In this document: piece by piece, positions 38,895 through 53,600 of the stretch
Layout of the letters: every line of letters starts with the position of its first letter
Numbering within the stretch: position 1 is the stretch's first letter
Assembly (NCBI GenBank): GCA_965178125.1
Contig: OZ237741.1
Location: 682,001-746,000, forward strand
Source: Bilabrum cf. latius
Lineage: Eukaryota
DNA length: 64,000 bases
Direction of reading: 5' to 3'
Translations under genes and position numbers: made by a program
The notes under the pieces: model-generated
Seen by the model: the letters and a program-made list of their open reading frames with translations, nothing else
Database searches by the model: none
Told to the model about the DNA's origin: nothing

Positions 38895-39587
38895 ATGCAG
38901 ACGACGTTCTCACGATTGCAGCGAATGGACAGAAGCTTGGTGATTAAGGTGCCCAAAACATATACTTCTGTCCTAAATTTTCAGCGAGCGCACGACAGTT
39001 TCGTTGATGATAGCTAGGAAATTGTGGAAATGGTTCAAAATGCAAGGGAGGCGCTTATAACTGCAACTGCAGGTGCATCTAGCAAGCTTCCATGGATACG
39101 AGCCATAGCCAGTTTAAAATACCTAGTAGAGAGACGTCTTGTCCACCATCACCGGTGGGAAGACTCAAAACTGTTTCCTCGCCTTGTAAAACTGGACCCA
39201 GAGTCTGCAAGCCAATTCGCGAAGCTTTCGCAAGAGCACAAACAACTTGATGACGTCTTCTTGGCTGCACGCAATGCTTGCAAAATAATGGTCGATGCAG
39301 ACCCTGCTCGGAATGAGGGTATGGATAAAGAAACCTAGGCAGCCGTAGGTGCCACCGAAGCAGCAGCGGCTTTCGTTCGCGGTCATCTGGAGCGGGAAGA
39401 ATAGCTGGTGATTCCATTGATGATCCATGAAATAGAGTTGAAATAGAAGCGTATGCTCTCAGCATCAGGAATGGGGATGTCTGTAGATTCAGGTGGTCGC
39501 ACGGAAATGCAAGCCGACTAGGCGAGTGGTGGAGCCAGCGGAACCGGGCTCTCTGATGAGCCCTCTCCCAGGATAGCCAAGGGCTAA
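38895..39587 (+). CDS. Hemerythrin/HHE cation-binding domain protein (~230 aa)
   Basis: Motifs RAH, HHHRWEDSKLFP, EHKQL, HLEREE*LVIPL. TAGs at 39015, 39336, 39402, 39444, 39519; ends at TAA 39585. Start at 38895 or 38925. Confidence 0.8.
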
Positions 39588-39670
39588 AAAATTACGTAAT
39601 GTCACAGCTATCAGCCGACATGCGGTACATTCAGACCGGCAGTACCCCGTTGAAATGTCAAAAGAATGCG

Positions 39671-42586
39671 TCAGCCGTACCCATGTTGGCCTTGCTCCGG
39701 ATGCATCGTGATGCCCTGCCCGGCCTAGGCCGGCACGCCAGCGATGACGTCCCTGCCCGCGCTCTCCAATCCACCCTTGGAACCATGTCTGGGCCTGCTG
39801 TGGCCCCGGGAATCCGCCCCTGAGCCTCGAGATGCAGGCGAGAATCGTGCACCACCGCTGCCTCTCGAGGACGGTCCAAGCGGAGATCGGCGAGACCACG
39901 ACGAAGGCTTCTCCTGCTCCCTAGCTGCGCCTCCTCTCGACCTAGTTCCAGCGCGTCCTCTGCGCCTCACACGGGGCTCCTAGCTGCTTACAGCTGCCGA
40001 GCCCACCTGTGGAGCATCACCATGGGCGTGATGCCCTCCTCGTGTCCGCCCCCCACCCACCTGAAAGGACTTGACCTGCCGCAGGGCGCCGTGCTGCCGA
40101 TGAACCACACCGCGATGGTGCGAGGCAGGGGCAGCCGAGGCCCTCCCTGCAGCCGACCGCACGCGTTCCTGCTCCGTCTCTAGGGCCCTATCAAGCCTAG
40201 CGATGGAATCTTCCCACCTGGCCTTGGGGCGCTCGGGGGCAGCTACGGCCCCATGCTGGCCCTAGCTACCCATACCAGTGGTGCTCTAGTCACGGCCAGT
40301 GCGGGTCCGCTGCGACTGCGACGAGTGGCTGTGACCCTGCTTTCCTGTTCGTTTTGTAGCCGACTTCCCGTGCGACCCGCGGTGGCCTCGTGCTACGATG
40401 CCTGCTCTCATATCTGACGAGCGGGAGCCGTTCGGGCTCGCCGGATTCCCAGCCAGCTCGTTCCGTAGCGGTATGTTGGGGAGGGGCGGGACCCAGCGTC
40501 CTTGCTCCGCTGCAGCTGCAGGGGTCATCGCTTGCTACGCGTCACTTTTTGTCGAGAACCCAGCAGCTGCTCCATGCGGGGAGGCGGCAGCACCGCTGGC
40601 ACCACCGTTGTGTCCCCGCTTTCCCCCCGTCGCCGCTGCTGCTGCGGCTTCCATGGCGCTCAGCACAGGCCCCGGGGACCTGGCTGCCTCTGCTGCCGCC
40701 CGCCTCCTGTCGGCCAAAGGAGTGAATGTAGGTCTATCTAGATCATCCTGGCCATCCCCTTGCGTCCTGATTTCCATGTCACCGTGCTGCCTCGTACTGC
40801 GAACGTCCACGCCGCTTGACCCAGTGTCGCCCGGCTGACCAGCTGACGCGGTGACCGGCCGCAGCGATCCCTCCGCTGCTTGCACCGCAGGAAGAGCTCC
40901 AGCGAGAGCCTCGCTCACACGAGCGATGAGGGTGCCTGCCTGCCGCACCGGCCGCCCCCGGCCCGCCCGCTGCACCGCCTCCATAAGCCCACCCACCGCC
41001 CCAGTGACCCTCTGGTGCGCCGCCAGCAGCCCCCTAGTCGAGCCCGACAGGGCACTCACCTGCAGCCGGAGAGCGTGAAGCTCCACCTCAAGCAATCGAC
41101 TGTGCTCCCTGGCTTCATTCCTTTCCCGCTCTGCCTCCAGCCGGGCCCCCTCTTCCGCCTTGACCTGCTCCTGCAGCTGGCCCAGTGCCTCTGCGCCAGC
41201 TGCCCACGATGACCCCCCGCCGGTGGCAGAGCCGGCATGCAGGGGCACTGGGTCCACCCGGATCTTGGCACATTCCGCTGCGTACCGCAGGGTGCGGTGA
41301 GAAAGCCGGGCGTGGGGTGCTGCCGGAGACACGCACGCCAGAATGGTCACTGCCGCAGCCCCCCCAAGCGGCCTGCACAGCAGCTGGGTCAGCGCGGAGT
41401 CTCTCCACGGCAGCCGCGACTGAGCAGCCGGGGCCAGCTTTCCCCCATTGGATCGCCCACCTGCCCGTGAGGCTGCTGCTAGTCCTGCGAGCACCCGCTG
41501 CAGGCAGAGCAGGCTTCTGTGGATCTGACCGGCAGTTGCGGCTCTGGATCCTGGGCCGGCGGAGGAGGACCCTCTAGACTCCACGGGCTGGTCAAAGTCG
41601 GATTTAGCCGTGTACACCTCTTCCCGGTGGCCGTCTCTCCACCCACCTTGCAGCTTTTGGTCTTCACTGCCGGCCAGGTCCGCGATGGTGACGCGAGATT
41701 CGATCGCTCCATGTGCAGCAGGGCCTGTCGCGGTCGCGCGCGACATGCAGGTCCGTAGTAGCAGGACGGCATGCCCTCGCGAGGACTCCTCGTTCATGGC
41801 ACCGCGGGCCACCGTTCTGTGCCGCAGCCCTTCGCGCACAGCGGCGAGTAACCTGCCGACCGACCTGCACTGCACGAATGTGGCCCCCTCCGGCTCCCAC
41901 CCGCCGTGTCCGTGGGTGCGCCCGGGGCCTGCTTTGGATGGCTGTTCTGTTGCAAGCAACGAAACAGTGTTGATCGATGGCTCTGAGCTGCTTGCATCCC
42001 GCTGGCCAAGCAGCAAAGCCTCAGGTGGCTCTGGCATGAACCAGCCAGATCCTTCACCTGCACCCGCACTGCCTTCCGTGTCCGAGAATTGCACCCATCT
42101 GCCGCCGATTACCTGGCCATCGCAGCTTCTATGGGCCACATTAGAAAGCAAGTCATTCACCCGGCTTCCTTTAACCTCAAGGAACGCGAGCCGAATCGAA
42201 GCAGTAGACCCATGATGTTCTGCCCCTGTGCCCAGCAGCTCAGACGCAACCCTGGCCACAATGCCATTCTGTTCGGCGTTTGATGCATCGAACGGCCAAT
42301 TTCGCCCAATTTTAAACAAACTGTGTGTCTTTCCAGCACTTGAAGCTCCGACAGCCAGCAAAGCGGACGGAATTCCTTGCTCTGCAAGGCGTACAAGCCG
42401 TTGAACTGCCGGGTGTTCGAATGTACCCCTTTGGTCGACTTCTTGGCCGAGCATTGCAACATCAAACCTCTCCCCCAAAACACTTGGCTTTCCTTCGCTG
42501 ACTCTAACGGCAGCTTCTGAAGCTCCAGGCCTTGGCTCATCCGCTAGTAGCGGCCGTAGCCTTGCTACAACGTTGAAGGATCTCAT
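39671..42586 (-). CDS. Divergent kinesin-like motor protein (~971 aa)
   Basis: VVARLRP, P-loop GASSAGKTHSL, switch I NEESSRGHA, switch II DLAGSE, IHRSLLCL, LPWRDSALTQLL, ACVSP, TLRYA; then a coiled coil and low-complexity tail. TAGs at 40535, 40286, 40262, 39980, 39725; ends at TGA. Confidence 0.85.
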
Positions 42587-42827
42587 ACGTTCAACCAGAT
42601 AGAAAACGTGCCATCCATGCAGCCTAAGTAGTACATATTATTCGTATACGACCACCAATGATGCCACCCTTGGCTACTACGTCTGGCTAAAACCCTGGAT
42701 TATTTGTCAAAGCCGGAATTGCCCAGCAAGCTCGACGCTGCGCAGACGAAGCAACAAACGAGTGTCAATCGGGAAATTAACCGTCTAAATGATCCAATAC
42801 ACACAACGGTAGCTATAGCACAGCGGA

Positions 42828-44069
42828 TCACAGGATAACGAGTGCCGGCAGAGCATAAGCCAGCAAGGTGCTCCCCACAAAGGTGAGGGCAGCGAGGCCG
42901 ATCGCCACAGGGCTCTGTCCTGCCGGCTCTGTCAGCCCAGCACCTTCCCTATGGCCAACCCCACCGACCATCTCACTGCCCTCTGACCCCCGGTTCGCTA
43001 GGGCGTGCTCATTTTCAATGCCGGGCAGTGCTTCTCTCTAAGCCCCAGCGGTGCCGGCCGGCAGGCTCGCCTGGCCCGGCCCGCTGCTGCCCCAAGATAC
43101 ATCGCTGCCAGCCGTCACTCCCACCAGCGCGAACAGCAGCATCACGGCCACTGCACACACGAGGCCGAAAATGATCGCGCTGATGAAGCGGCGGCACGCC
43201 GATGGCGCTTTCTTCCCCTTGTCCTTGCCCCCGGACTCCGAGCCGCCCTGCTTTGCCACCTTGCGCCTCGGTTTCGATTTCTTCCGCCCCGACGACTTGG
43301 ACGGCTCGCGTGCCTGGGGCTCCATGTCCTCCTCCAAGGTTCGAGCCACTCGGGATGGCCTCTGTTTCCCACGGTCTGAAGCTCGGGCCCGCGAGCCCGC
43401 GCGCTCGCGCGTCCGGTGGCTCGGCTCCTCCTCCCCGTCGGATGATCCCTCCGAGTCTTCGGAAAGATCCCGGTTGTAACGACGGGCCCGGAGTCCCTCG
43501 TAGTCACCAGCCTCTGGCAAGTCGTCCTCATCAACATCATCAGAGAGTTCATCATCATCGTCCGAGTAGTCAGCTTCAAGCTCTTCGGCCATCGCCTCGA
43601 TTTCGGCAAGCGCGTCCCCATCTAGTTCGTCATCGTACAAATCGTACTCGGTCGACTGCGTTGCTGGCGGCGTATCCGATGCCATTCCGAACTTTCTGCT
43701 TTTCTTTTCAGGTTTCACACCGCCCTCAGCGTTGATAGCTTCGTCCCTGGGGTCATAAAATCCTTTCACCTGCTACTTGTCTGTGGTTTTGGTGAGACGA
43801 GCCTTCCGGCCGGACTGCGTTCTCCGCATAGCCTTTCCTGTCGATTGCGGGGGAGGCGGCAGGCTTCGATTGGTCTGTGCAGATGTCTCAGGTGATCGCG
43901 GAGCATCCGTGCCAAACGTCCTTGACCCCCTGCGGCTCTTTGATTTGTTTCGCCCTGCCTTACTGACGGTTCCTGTGACCTTACGCGCACGAGAAGTCGA
44001 ACGCCTGAACCCAAACCCCTTTTCAGGGGTACTAGAAGTAGAGTCAACTGATCTGCCGCGTCTGGGCAT
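42828..44069 (-). CDS. Uncharacterised membrane protein (~413 aa): basic N-terminus, acidic tract, two hydrophobic segments
   Basis: ORFs 43773..44069 and 43038..43769 join through TAG 43773. Read-through of TAG 43038 adds a C-terminal hydrophobic segment (VAIGLAALTFVGSTLLAYALPALVIL) and ends at TGA 42828. First TM: FISAIIFGLVCAVAVMLLFALVGV. Confidence 0.7.
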
Positions 44070-44668
44070 GTCTTAGATAACTAGTTGCACACAAAACGGT
44101 GTTGTTTCCGATACCTGGGAATTTTGAATGGAATGTAACGTAATATTGTATTTATTACGGATTTCTTCTACAGCCAATTTCAGGCTTCTTGAGAGATCAA
44201 GGCTAACAGCGCGTCTGCACTTAAGTGAGGTATGCAAAGAAACGTTATAGTTAATGCAATACGCATGGGTGGATCGCAGCTTTGACGCCTGTTTTTGATG
44301 GGTTGCCTGACACGCGTGGATACATTGTGGCTTGTTCTTGGTACATTTTCTCACTAAAATTTACCTCTGATTCCGCATTTTCGGAAGTAGCATGTGATAC
44401 TGTTACTTAATGGTCACTTTGATCCTAAATAAGCGCGCTTCATTCTGCAAAATACCAGGAACTAGCCACATCTTGTAGGATCAAGGAATCCTTACGGCCT
44501 GGCACAGACTTTTCTTGAGTTACAAGCCTGGACGCGCTGCGCAACAATACATTGCGTAGTTTGAATTTTTCAGTCGCTTGGTTAATCTCTCGCAGCAACG
44601 ATTGCGCCGCACGCGGGTATTGGCAGCATTTAGGGAGAACTTCGTGTTCCGGAGTACTATAAATTGAA

Positions 44669-47600
44669 ATGTCAGCGGTACCAAATACCGCACCTTTGCT
44701 TGTACGAGCTGCTAGTGCAGCTGATGGGGACTCACCGGCTGATGTCGGACTCGGCAAACGGGGATCGCAAGCCCTGAAAGTGCCAACTGCTGAGATCCAC
44801 AACAAGCTGGGGCGTATCGTTGGGGATTCGCTGCTAGCGAACCCTCTACCACATGGCTCACTAGCGCACCTGACTGGATTCGGGGCGGGGCCCGCAATTT
44901 CAGAGATGGATGCCCCTATGGCTCTCCGCACCGACCTGTAGGCGGTCCGCGACCGTCTCCGCATGGAGCCTGGGCTGGGATACCGAGGTATGCAGCTGCA
45001 GGATGCGGGGGAGGCCGCTGATGGAGACGCAATCCTTTAGACCGCCCAGGTTGCAGCCAGGGCTGCCCACGGCCAGGAGCATACCCTGAAATCGCCCAGC
45101 CGACCGGAGAGCCTGCCGGACGCTGGGCAGGAGCTTTCGGCCGCTGCGTCGGGGGCAGGAGCTGCAGGCTCCGGTGCGGCTACGGGGCAGAGGGTCAGCA
45201 GCAGCAGCAGCGGTGACAAGCGGCTGGCGACAAGAGCCATCGCCGACGTGTCCCCTCTCCGACGCGTAATCCTGCAGGCTGCACTGGAGGACGAGAAAGG
45301 TCGCTAGGGCGGAGGGCACCGGCTGCTGGTCGCAGTCAGCGTGATGCGGTCGCTGACGAACAGCCCAGAGGTCCTCCCCATGCCGTGCGATACCAAGGCC
45401 CTCGAAGAAGCCATCAGTGCTTGCCCAGCTGCCACCGATGCCGCCGTGGATGCTGCCCTGGCCCAGCTCATTGAGGTGGGGCGGAGCAACGAGGAGCTGC
45501 ACTCACTGCTGCTCGCTGCAAGGCTGGCAGGGTGCATCGCCCGGGCAAGGAAGTCAAGTAGCGGGACAGAAGGAGACGACCTCACCGCCAGTGGGGCCGT
45601 ACTTTCGGCTGTGCGAGGGCTGTCTGAGCTTCGCGTAGCTGGAAGCCAGGACGTCGCTGCTGTGGCGCGGGGCCTGGCAGATTCCGCTCGGCTGACCGAA
45701 CTGCGAACATCGCAGGCTTACTCAGACATTGAGCTGCTGGAAGGGCCCGGTGGTCAGGTGGGACCCAGCTCGGGGGCAGGGGACCAGCCGGCCTCGCAGG
45801 GTGCAGGCAGCACCTCTTCGACGTCCTCATACAGCATGCCGGGCCACATCCGGCTGATCCCCGTCGGGGGACGAGCGGACGTCAACGACAGCTTCTCAGA
45901 GTGCAGGAGCAGCAAGGAGGGCTTCGCGACGGTGGCGGCGATGGGGATGCGCATCATTGCCCCTTCCGAGAGCGAGAAGAAAACCGCGGGCAAGTCTGGT
46001 ATTGTGGCTTCGGGTCAGAGTAACAAGTGGTACTTTGAGGTGCAGTCGAACTAGCCTTCCACGTTTCAGGTCGGTTGGGCCACTGAACGCTCATTCGACC
46101 GTGTCTCTGAGTATGATGCGCCGAGTGATTAGCCACAGCTTAAGCGCAGTGAGAGCCGCGGGCTGGCGAGCCCATTCGGGGCGCAGAGCACGAGCGATGT
46201 CGGCAGAGATAACTTCGACTTCAGGACCGGAATGGGGGTAGGAGACAACTACACGTCCTGGGGGTATTGCTTGAAGAGGCAGAGGCTGTTTCGATCGCAC
46301 AGCGATCACGCGCAGGATGTAGCCACCGCCGAGCAGCGCGCAGCAGCACTGGCCACCTCGGGCTCTGGTACGGGGAGTCGTGGCAGGCGTGGAGGGCACT
46401 CACAGGCCCCACGGAGTGGATCTTCGTCGTATGGCCCGCTCAGTGGTAGGCAATATGGCAGACAGGAGGTCATCGCATGCGCAGTGGATTTGGACGCAGG
46501 CACGATCAGCTTCTGGTCCAAGGGCGAGGATATGGGACCTGCGTTCGTGAACGTTGGCAAGGACGTGTAGCGAGGCGCGGGGCAGGCGTTCTTCCCGGCT
46601 GTATCCTTTAGCAGAGATATCGCCGCTCGATTCAACTTCGGAAATGATCCATCAAGACCGTTGCAGCATGCTGCTCTCGCGAAGCGGCTGGGGTATCGGC
46701 CAGTAGCCGATGCTGTGCCGGGCGGTGCTGCTCCTCCCACACCTGTGGGGAAATTGGTGGGAAGCAGCTCTTTTTCGCAGCAGTCACAGCCATCGTATGG
46801 CGGCATGGGGTGGGGATCGAGCGGAGGGGGCAAGGCCAAGAAAAAGCACCATCATCACCACAACCAAAGGCTGGGAGAAAGCAGCTCGCAAACATCGCAG
46901 GGTGAACAAACGCCTGGCAGGATTGCAGGGATCCCTCGGGCACCGGGAGCGACAGATCACCTGCCCGGCATGCTTGACCTAAGCAACGAAAGCGTGCAGA
47001 TGGCCCGCCGTGCGATTCAGGACGCTGTGGATGAACTTCGGGGCGGATCCCACGAGCGAGACGAGGCTGAGCTTTCTGCACTTGCTTGCAAGAAATTGCA
47101 GAAATTGATCGATGCTGCAGCACCGCAGCCTGCTGAGGGCGACGCAGACGGCACGAAGACACCGCAGCTGAAGGGCGAAGCCTGCCTTCGCATCGATCCG
47201 GATAGGGTCGTTCTTCTGCAGCCGGTCCCAAGCGGCAATGAAGACATGAGCGATCGCATACGTTTCTCGACCAATCTGACGCTTGAAGTCCTCTACAGGC
47301 CGCTGGCCAGAGTGCTCAAGGCGGGACCGGCTGATGAACCGGAGCCAGAGGATCCCGTGCAGCACGATAGCCCTGCCAAATCGAAGAAATCTTAGAAAGC
47401 GACGCCCAGTGGGGAGGAGGAGGGTGTTTCTGTCGTATCGTTCGAAGAAGCTTTCTCGCACACCGGCGGTGTGGGGAAGCGCGTCCCAGGCATGCCAGAG
47501 TTCTTGCCTTTGGCTGGCAAGCCCTTGGGGGAATCAAATGACAATACCTCATTGACAGTGACGCAGGTCGGTGGGAATGAATCAGCCTCATCTTCTGCTG

Positions 47601-50600
47601 GAACTGTCGACGAGGAAGCAGTGTTGAAATCCTCTCGCATCGCATTGCAAGCATCCAGGCGGCTGCTCCAAGACCGCAGAGGTGTGTTTAGTACGACTGA
47701 TTCACTGGCCGCAGACACTATCAATGATATTGCTCTGTCGGCCGTGGCCGAACGAAAGAGGCTGCAGAACGTCCAAGAGGCGCGGCAGGCAGATGCTATG
47801 GCTGCCAGCAGTAGCAGCGGTAGCCCAGGTACCGTACCAGCCGGTGAAATGACGAGGCAGTGGTATGAAGAGAACTGTGAGAACGGGCATCAGGATGCTC
47901 TAAAGGAACCGCTTTGTACCCTTGTGAAGGTGGGTGAATCGCAGGGATTCAAGTTCGGCTTCACAAAGAAGGGTCAGCTCGTGTTTGCGCTGAATACCCC
48001 GTCAAGCTGTCCTAGCTTTGATGCATCGAAGTCCTAGGGCAAGACCGTCGTCGCCAGGGTGGTGTCTCCGCCAGGGGCTATCGGGGACAAGCATCTCGGC
48101 CAGTGGGTCCACTTGGCTGTGCAATTTGACAACGGCACAGTCACCATGGCTGTCGACGGAAAAGTCGTCGTCAAGCAGGAGCTCAGGACGAGGGAGGCAG
48201 TGGTTCAGAAGGCAGCAGCATTTAGGACGGGCAGGGCCGGCCGAGCTTCGAAGGGTCACGAGAGCAAGGGCTTCGAGTCACAGGTGCTGACCTAGTTGGT
48301 GCAGGAACCGAAGAGCGGGGTGGTTGGAGGTGACTCCAACAAGAGAGGCGTGTCAGATGCAAGGACATGCGCAAACGGGGACTTTGCCTGCGTGCGATTG
48401 TGGCGACGACCTCGCCTTTCGCATCTGTCGCAAGGCGCTAGGCAGCGCAGCTCGCAGCTGTACTCGTACGAACGTGACAGCAACATGCTGAAGCTGGAAT
48501 TTGCGTTCTTTGAGGGAGTCGGGCACCGGACCCATGAGACTGGGGGCGCATTCCTCGGCCACATCACTGATCCAACCATCCGTTCCAAGCAGCAGGAGGC
48601 CGGGCTCAGCAAAAGCTCATCTACCTTGCTTCTACCAAGTACAGCATGGGTATCTGCCCAATAGAATGCAGACCCGGCCCTAAAGGCGCTCGAATTCGAA
48701 CTGAAGCTGCGCTAGTGCATGGCTACTCGACAACGCGAAGCCGCCAAGCACCAGAAGGCACAGCTAGAGGCCGCTCGATCTGATAGAAGCCATGGGCAGC
48801 AATGGGCGCTCAGCGCCGTCGGTGCTCTTGAACCAGCCGATATCGAAGCTATGTTTGAAAATGGCACCAGTGCTTCAATGCGGCTGCAGGCGTGTGCTCC
48901 TGCAATTTTGGCACACGTGGCTCGCCTGACCTGTGAAGAAGAGGACGAAGCTGCAATTGCTGCGTGCATTGGACCTGGCGCCTTGCCCGAAACTGCTTGG
49001 AGGAGAACGAGACATGCATCTCATGCTGACCGCCTGAAGGCAATGATTCTTTCAAATGAGCGTCGTCGCGACGACTGCCGGTTCGCAGTTGTACCCGCTA
49101 TGCACTCTGCGAGCACCAGCACTCATCCAGTGACTGGTGTGCTCCTAGCATCGTTGGCACAGCATGGCCTTGATTTGTCTTCGCACGCAGAGCTCGAGAT
49201 GCTGTCCGTCGTTGCCACCGGATGTGTTCGAGCTGCGTCCCTATCCATGTCGTCGTTCAATTTGGAGTTTGCTGAGGGCGCTGAGTATGCAAGCAGGAAG
49301 AGATCAGCCCTTCGCTGGCTGCACAAGAAAGTGTAGGGCAAGACGGAAGCAGAAGCCAGGGCCCTGCGACTGGTATCACTGCTGAGGGTGCCATACGGTA
49401 CCGCCACTTTGGACGTTGGCATGGAGCACCTTATCACGAATGAAGTTCACTTCGCCTGCATCGGACCTTTCGAGTTTGGCGACGCTGTCGAGCTACTGGA
49501 TTGCTTGGGCCACGCGGGAAGGGATGACACCGCCATCGTGCGTGCGGCCGATCTATCTGCTGCAATGGCATGCAGAGGTTCGGACGATTTGCATACGTTT
49601 GCTGTGTGTAGCGTCCTTGCACAGTACTGTAGGGCCATTCGCGCCAACCGAAGCTGTGCGAGTGGAGCCACGGTGAAGAAAATATGCGAAGACCTCGGCC
49701 TACAAGCTGAGTCTGCCGAGGGCGCAAGCATCTGCCCGACGTCTGCAGTTGCGGCCAATGCATTGTGGAGGTCGATTGCTCGGTACTTTGTCGGAAATCG
49801 CGCCGCTGTTGTGGAGCAGCTCCTGGCGACCGTACCCATGCTCGCAGAAGACGAGCGTGTTCTCCCGCCGAAGACGCACGAAATCATCTCTGCCGAGCTA
49901 GGCTTTGTGTCAGAGAGAATCTCTACCCCGTCATTTGAGGAAGCCGATGAGGCTGCAGCGGGCTAGTAGGGCGCAGACGAGAAAGCAGAGACGGAAGGAG
50001 GAGCCGCAAACGCATGGGAGGAGTAGCATGTCCCGTCAAGTTATTCTGGCTTGTCCACCAATGTGATCCAGTCCGCGAGGTAGCTCGAAATGGCCGGATC
50101 CATTGCGTGTACTGCCGCCATGGACTACCAGCTCGCGCTACGGCTAAGCTCGGATGATGCGCGCTTGATCAAGACGCATGTTGAGCCATGGCTGCAGCAA
50201 GTCGGCAGATTTGGTGCAAGCGCTGCTGCTGCTTCTGCTGCTACCGCATCGCCGAGCACGCTGGAACTGGGCCTGGCCTCCGACGATGATTCGAAGTTTC
50301 AACGGCAGTTGTAGTACCAACTAGGTCTGCTGCATGACACTGTGACTCGGTCACTGCAGACAAACGCTGGAATTGGACTACGGATGGGCATGGTGGGTGT
50401 CCGACTTGGCAAGCCGCAGATGGGCGCGCTTGCTTTGTCTACCGCAATGATTGGCGCTCCCAAGCTCTTGTGTGACCAGGACTATAACACGGCGTACGCT
50501 GAGCTAACTAGCGCCGTACAGGGGTCAAAGGCTGCAGCAGGTGGTGCGACATCTGACTCGTCTAAGCTGATCCAACGGGGCTGGAAGCTTGAGCGCGAGC

Positions 50601-53600
50601 TAGGCGCAAAGTGGGACAAGCACAGCTCCGGAGTCGGTGTAGAAGAAGAGGAATTCGACATCAATGGGGATGATTACAACGACGTGGAATCGGATGGCGA
50701 GGGCAGTGAAACTGGTAGCGCAATGACAGGCGACTCATTAGAAGGCGAGGAGGTCGACGTGGGAGCTCGGCACGTCGAAGCTGTCATAGCGTATTCAGTC
50801 CCGGGTGTAGGTGGTCACCACTATGTTCGAGGCAACGTTGGAATGATGGAGGGCATGTGGGCGTGGACAGTCTCGATCGAGGAGGACAGCCGCGGCGATA
50901 TGCATACCCTCCTCGGTGTTTGCTTCGAAGACGTCAAGCAGGCCAAGTACGACCAGACGAGGGAGATGCTGCTTGTGGCCGGTTGGAGTGGGAGGGTGTA
51001 TAGACAGGGATCCAGGCTGCAGAGCGTCAGAATTAACTAGTTCCAGCCTGGTTAGGAGGTCACATTCCTACTTGACCTACGCGTGAGGGACGCAGACAGG
51101 GGCGGCACGCTATCTGTGTCCATCAACGGGGCCAAGCAAGGTGTAGTTTTCGATCAAATGCGCAAACTGGTGGAGCGCAATGGGCCTCTGTTCCCATGTG
51201 TAGGGTTCAGAGACTGTGACCAGGATCGAGAATACGTCGTACGACTTGCACGGATGGATCGCATCACTGATCCATTAGATGAAGCTTCGTTGTCAGCAGG
51301 TAAAGGGCAGTCGGATGGTGTTGCGACGAAGCTGGCAGCGTGGCAGGCCGGTGTCCCTCAGCTGTCTAACTCACAGCGGCAGGGGATGCTGGTAGGCTAC
51401 TTGGATTCGCTTGACTCTTTGGCCCCGGTGCAGCAAGCAATCAATGGCCTAACTGCAAAGCCAGAGGCCAAAGCCGATTTTAAACCGCCTGGCCTGCCCC
51501 CTTCCGCGGACTCCGGTAGCAGCTTCGAAGATTCCATTGCAAGGGGCACACCCGCGGCAGTGCGCGCATTCTTGAAGGGCTTGATGAGCGATGCATCCGC
51601 TGAACTGGAAGCACTGCGTGCCTCCTCAGCAGTCGGCCTCACTCTTGATGTCCTGTCCCGCTCCGCTCCTGGTGAAGCCCCTTCTTGCAATATGCTGCGT
51701 TCCATTTTGCTGGCGTTATTGGACGTCGATGCTCTCTCCTATGCGGTGATGCCGCGTCGAAGCCTGCTGCGCACCGGCTTTAAGCAGCGCATGGCCGCAG
51801 TGAGCTCAACCTGGGGCAGGGTGTATCAGCAGGCCTAGAAAGATGCAGAGCGGGTCATTGAGGGCTGGTCGCAGAGTGCTGGCCCTTCCTCTGGAGCGGG
51901 GGCTGATGTCTCTGAAGAGACCCGCAGTAAGGATGGAGGCAAGAAGTTTGACATTCAGAGGTTTGTAGCCATGGTGCAAACCGGCGAAACCAGACCTATG
52001 CGGGCCGTTTCAGAGAGAAGCTATTATCATGGATGGGACAAACGTTGCCGCGTCTCAGCTCTTCAGTGTATTGATAGCCCCACGCTCGCGCAGGCACCAG
52101 CTGTTTGGGTGGGTGCTTGCGTCTTTGCAGACGCGTTGCATCGCTTAGAGGCAGCGCCGCTAGATGTCGAGTACAGCGGAGGTGGGGTGTTGCGGCATCG
52201 AGGCGAAGTGCTGCAGATCGAGCAGTTTCGCGTTGATGCTATTTCAGACCAAGCTGTCTATTCAAAGCTGCTGCAGGACCTTCGAGGTGCAGCTGGGGCA
52301 GGCACTAGTGCTGGTGATCGTACCCGCGGTCAGTCGAAGTCCAACTCTCCCCAAGCCATGAGCAAGCTGATCAGCAAGCAGGGCGACAGCGGAGAGGCCC
52401 TTGTCGGATTCAAGGATGCGTACGACTCGGTCAGAAAGGACCACGTACTCCGGTACCCGTACATGAACCCGCTTTCATCGAAAGTGCAGATCTCGTCGGA
52501 TGGAAGGCGAGCCCTGTACAGCAACTCCAAGGCAGAGTGGGCCACTGCCACGGTGCGGCCAGGCTTTGCACGGCAGCATGACGGATGGCAGACGTGTTTC
52601 TTCCGAGTCGACAAGACGACCAAGCAGAGTATATTTATTGGAATTGCTCGCAGTTCCTCTGGCCAGAACCAATTTGTGGGGTCGTCTGCAAAAAGTGCTA
52701 GTATTTTCCTAAAAGGAGGCCAAATCTACGGCAAAGGCGGGCCTTAGGGCGGCGGGGAAGGCGGTCTGTCCGCTGGCTCTGTAGTGGCCATCAGATTCAA
52801 TTCCAAGACTGGCGTCGTCTAGTTTGGAGATGCTACGGCTGCTGCAGTGGCTGCTGCCAGAAGTGCCGCACGAAGCTGGGAGGCTGCCGAAACTGCCGCA
52901 ACTGTAGCGATTACTTTAGGTTCAGCTGCTCCAACGGCGCCAATTTCAGCCTCTTCCGAAGCAGAGTTACCGTATCCCTGCCCTTGGAGCCCTCGCCTGC
53001 TGGAGGTGCTGCCTCATATGCGGTTGTGTCCTGAAGCTAGCCACGGCGAACTGATGCCTGGCATCAATTGGTTTAGCACCACGATTTCTCTGCCAAACGA
53101 CGCAGAGTACTGCCCTGCGGTATCCATGAACAGCGACGGTGACGTGGTTCAGTTCGTGGGGTATGGTCCAGATGCTGCAGACGCGATCGCAAGTGGCACC
53201 AGCAACCCTTCTGGCGAAATTGACAATGCGATACCGAAGAAGAGGTGGTGGCCTGCCGTATCTGCAATGACAGCAGGTGGTATAATATCGGGAGGACTGA
53301 TCGGGAGCGACAGCTCTGGCGTGTACAGGGGACTTGTGTCATCTGTGCCTCAAGTCAGGAGCTCAGGTGGTGACGGAGCAGGCACCGTTGAAGCATCACT
53401 TAAGTAGATGGTTTCCGTGCAGCAAAACATTGGCGAGATGGTATCAGCCAGCTTCTAGACAAGCCGGCTTGCCCACGTATTTAGCACCAAAGAGGATGTG
53501 GAAACCTCGTACGGCAAAGGCGCCATTGGCAAATCTGACATGCCTCGTCTCGCCATACTGACCACGAGCATGGCTTTAGATGAGCTTGAACAGTATGTCA

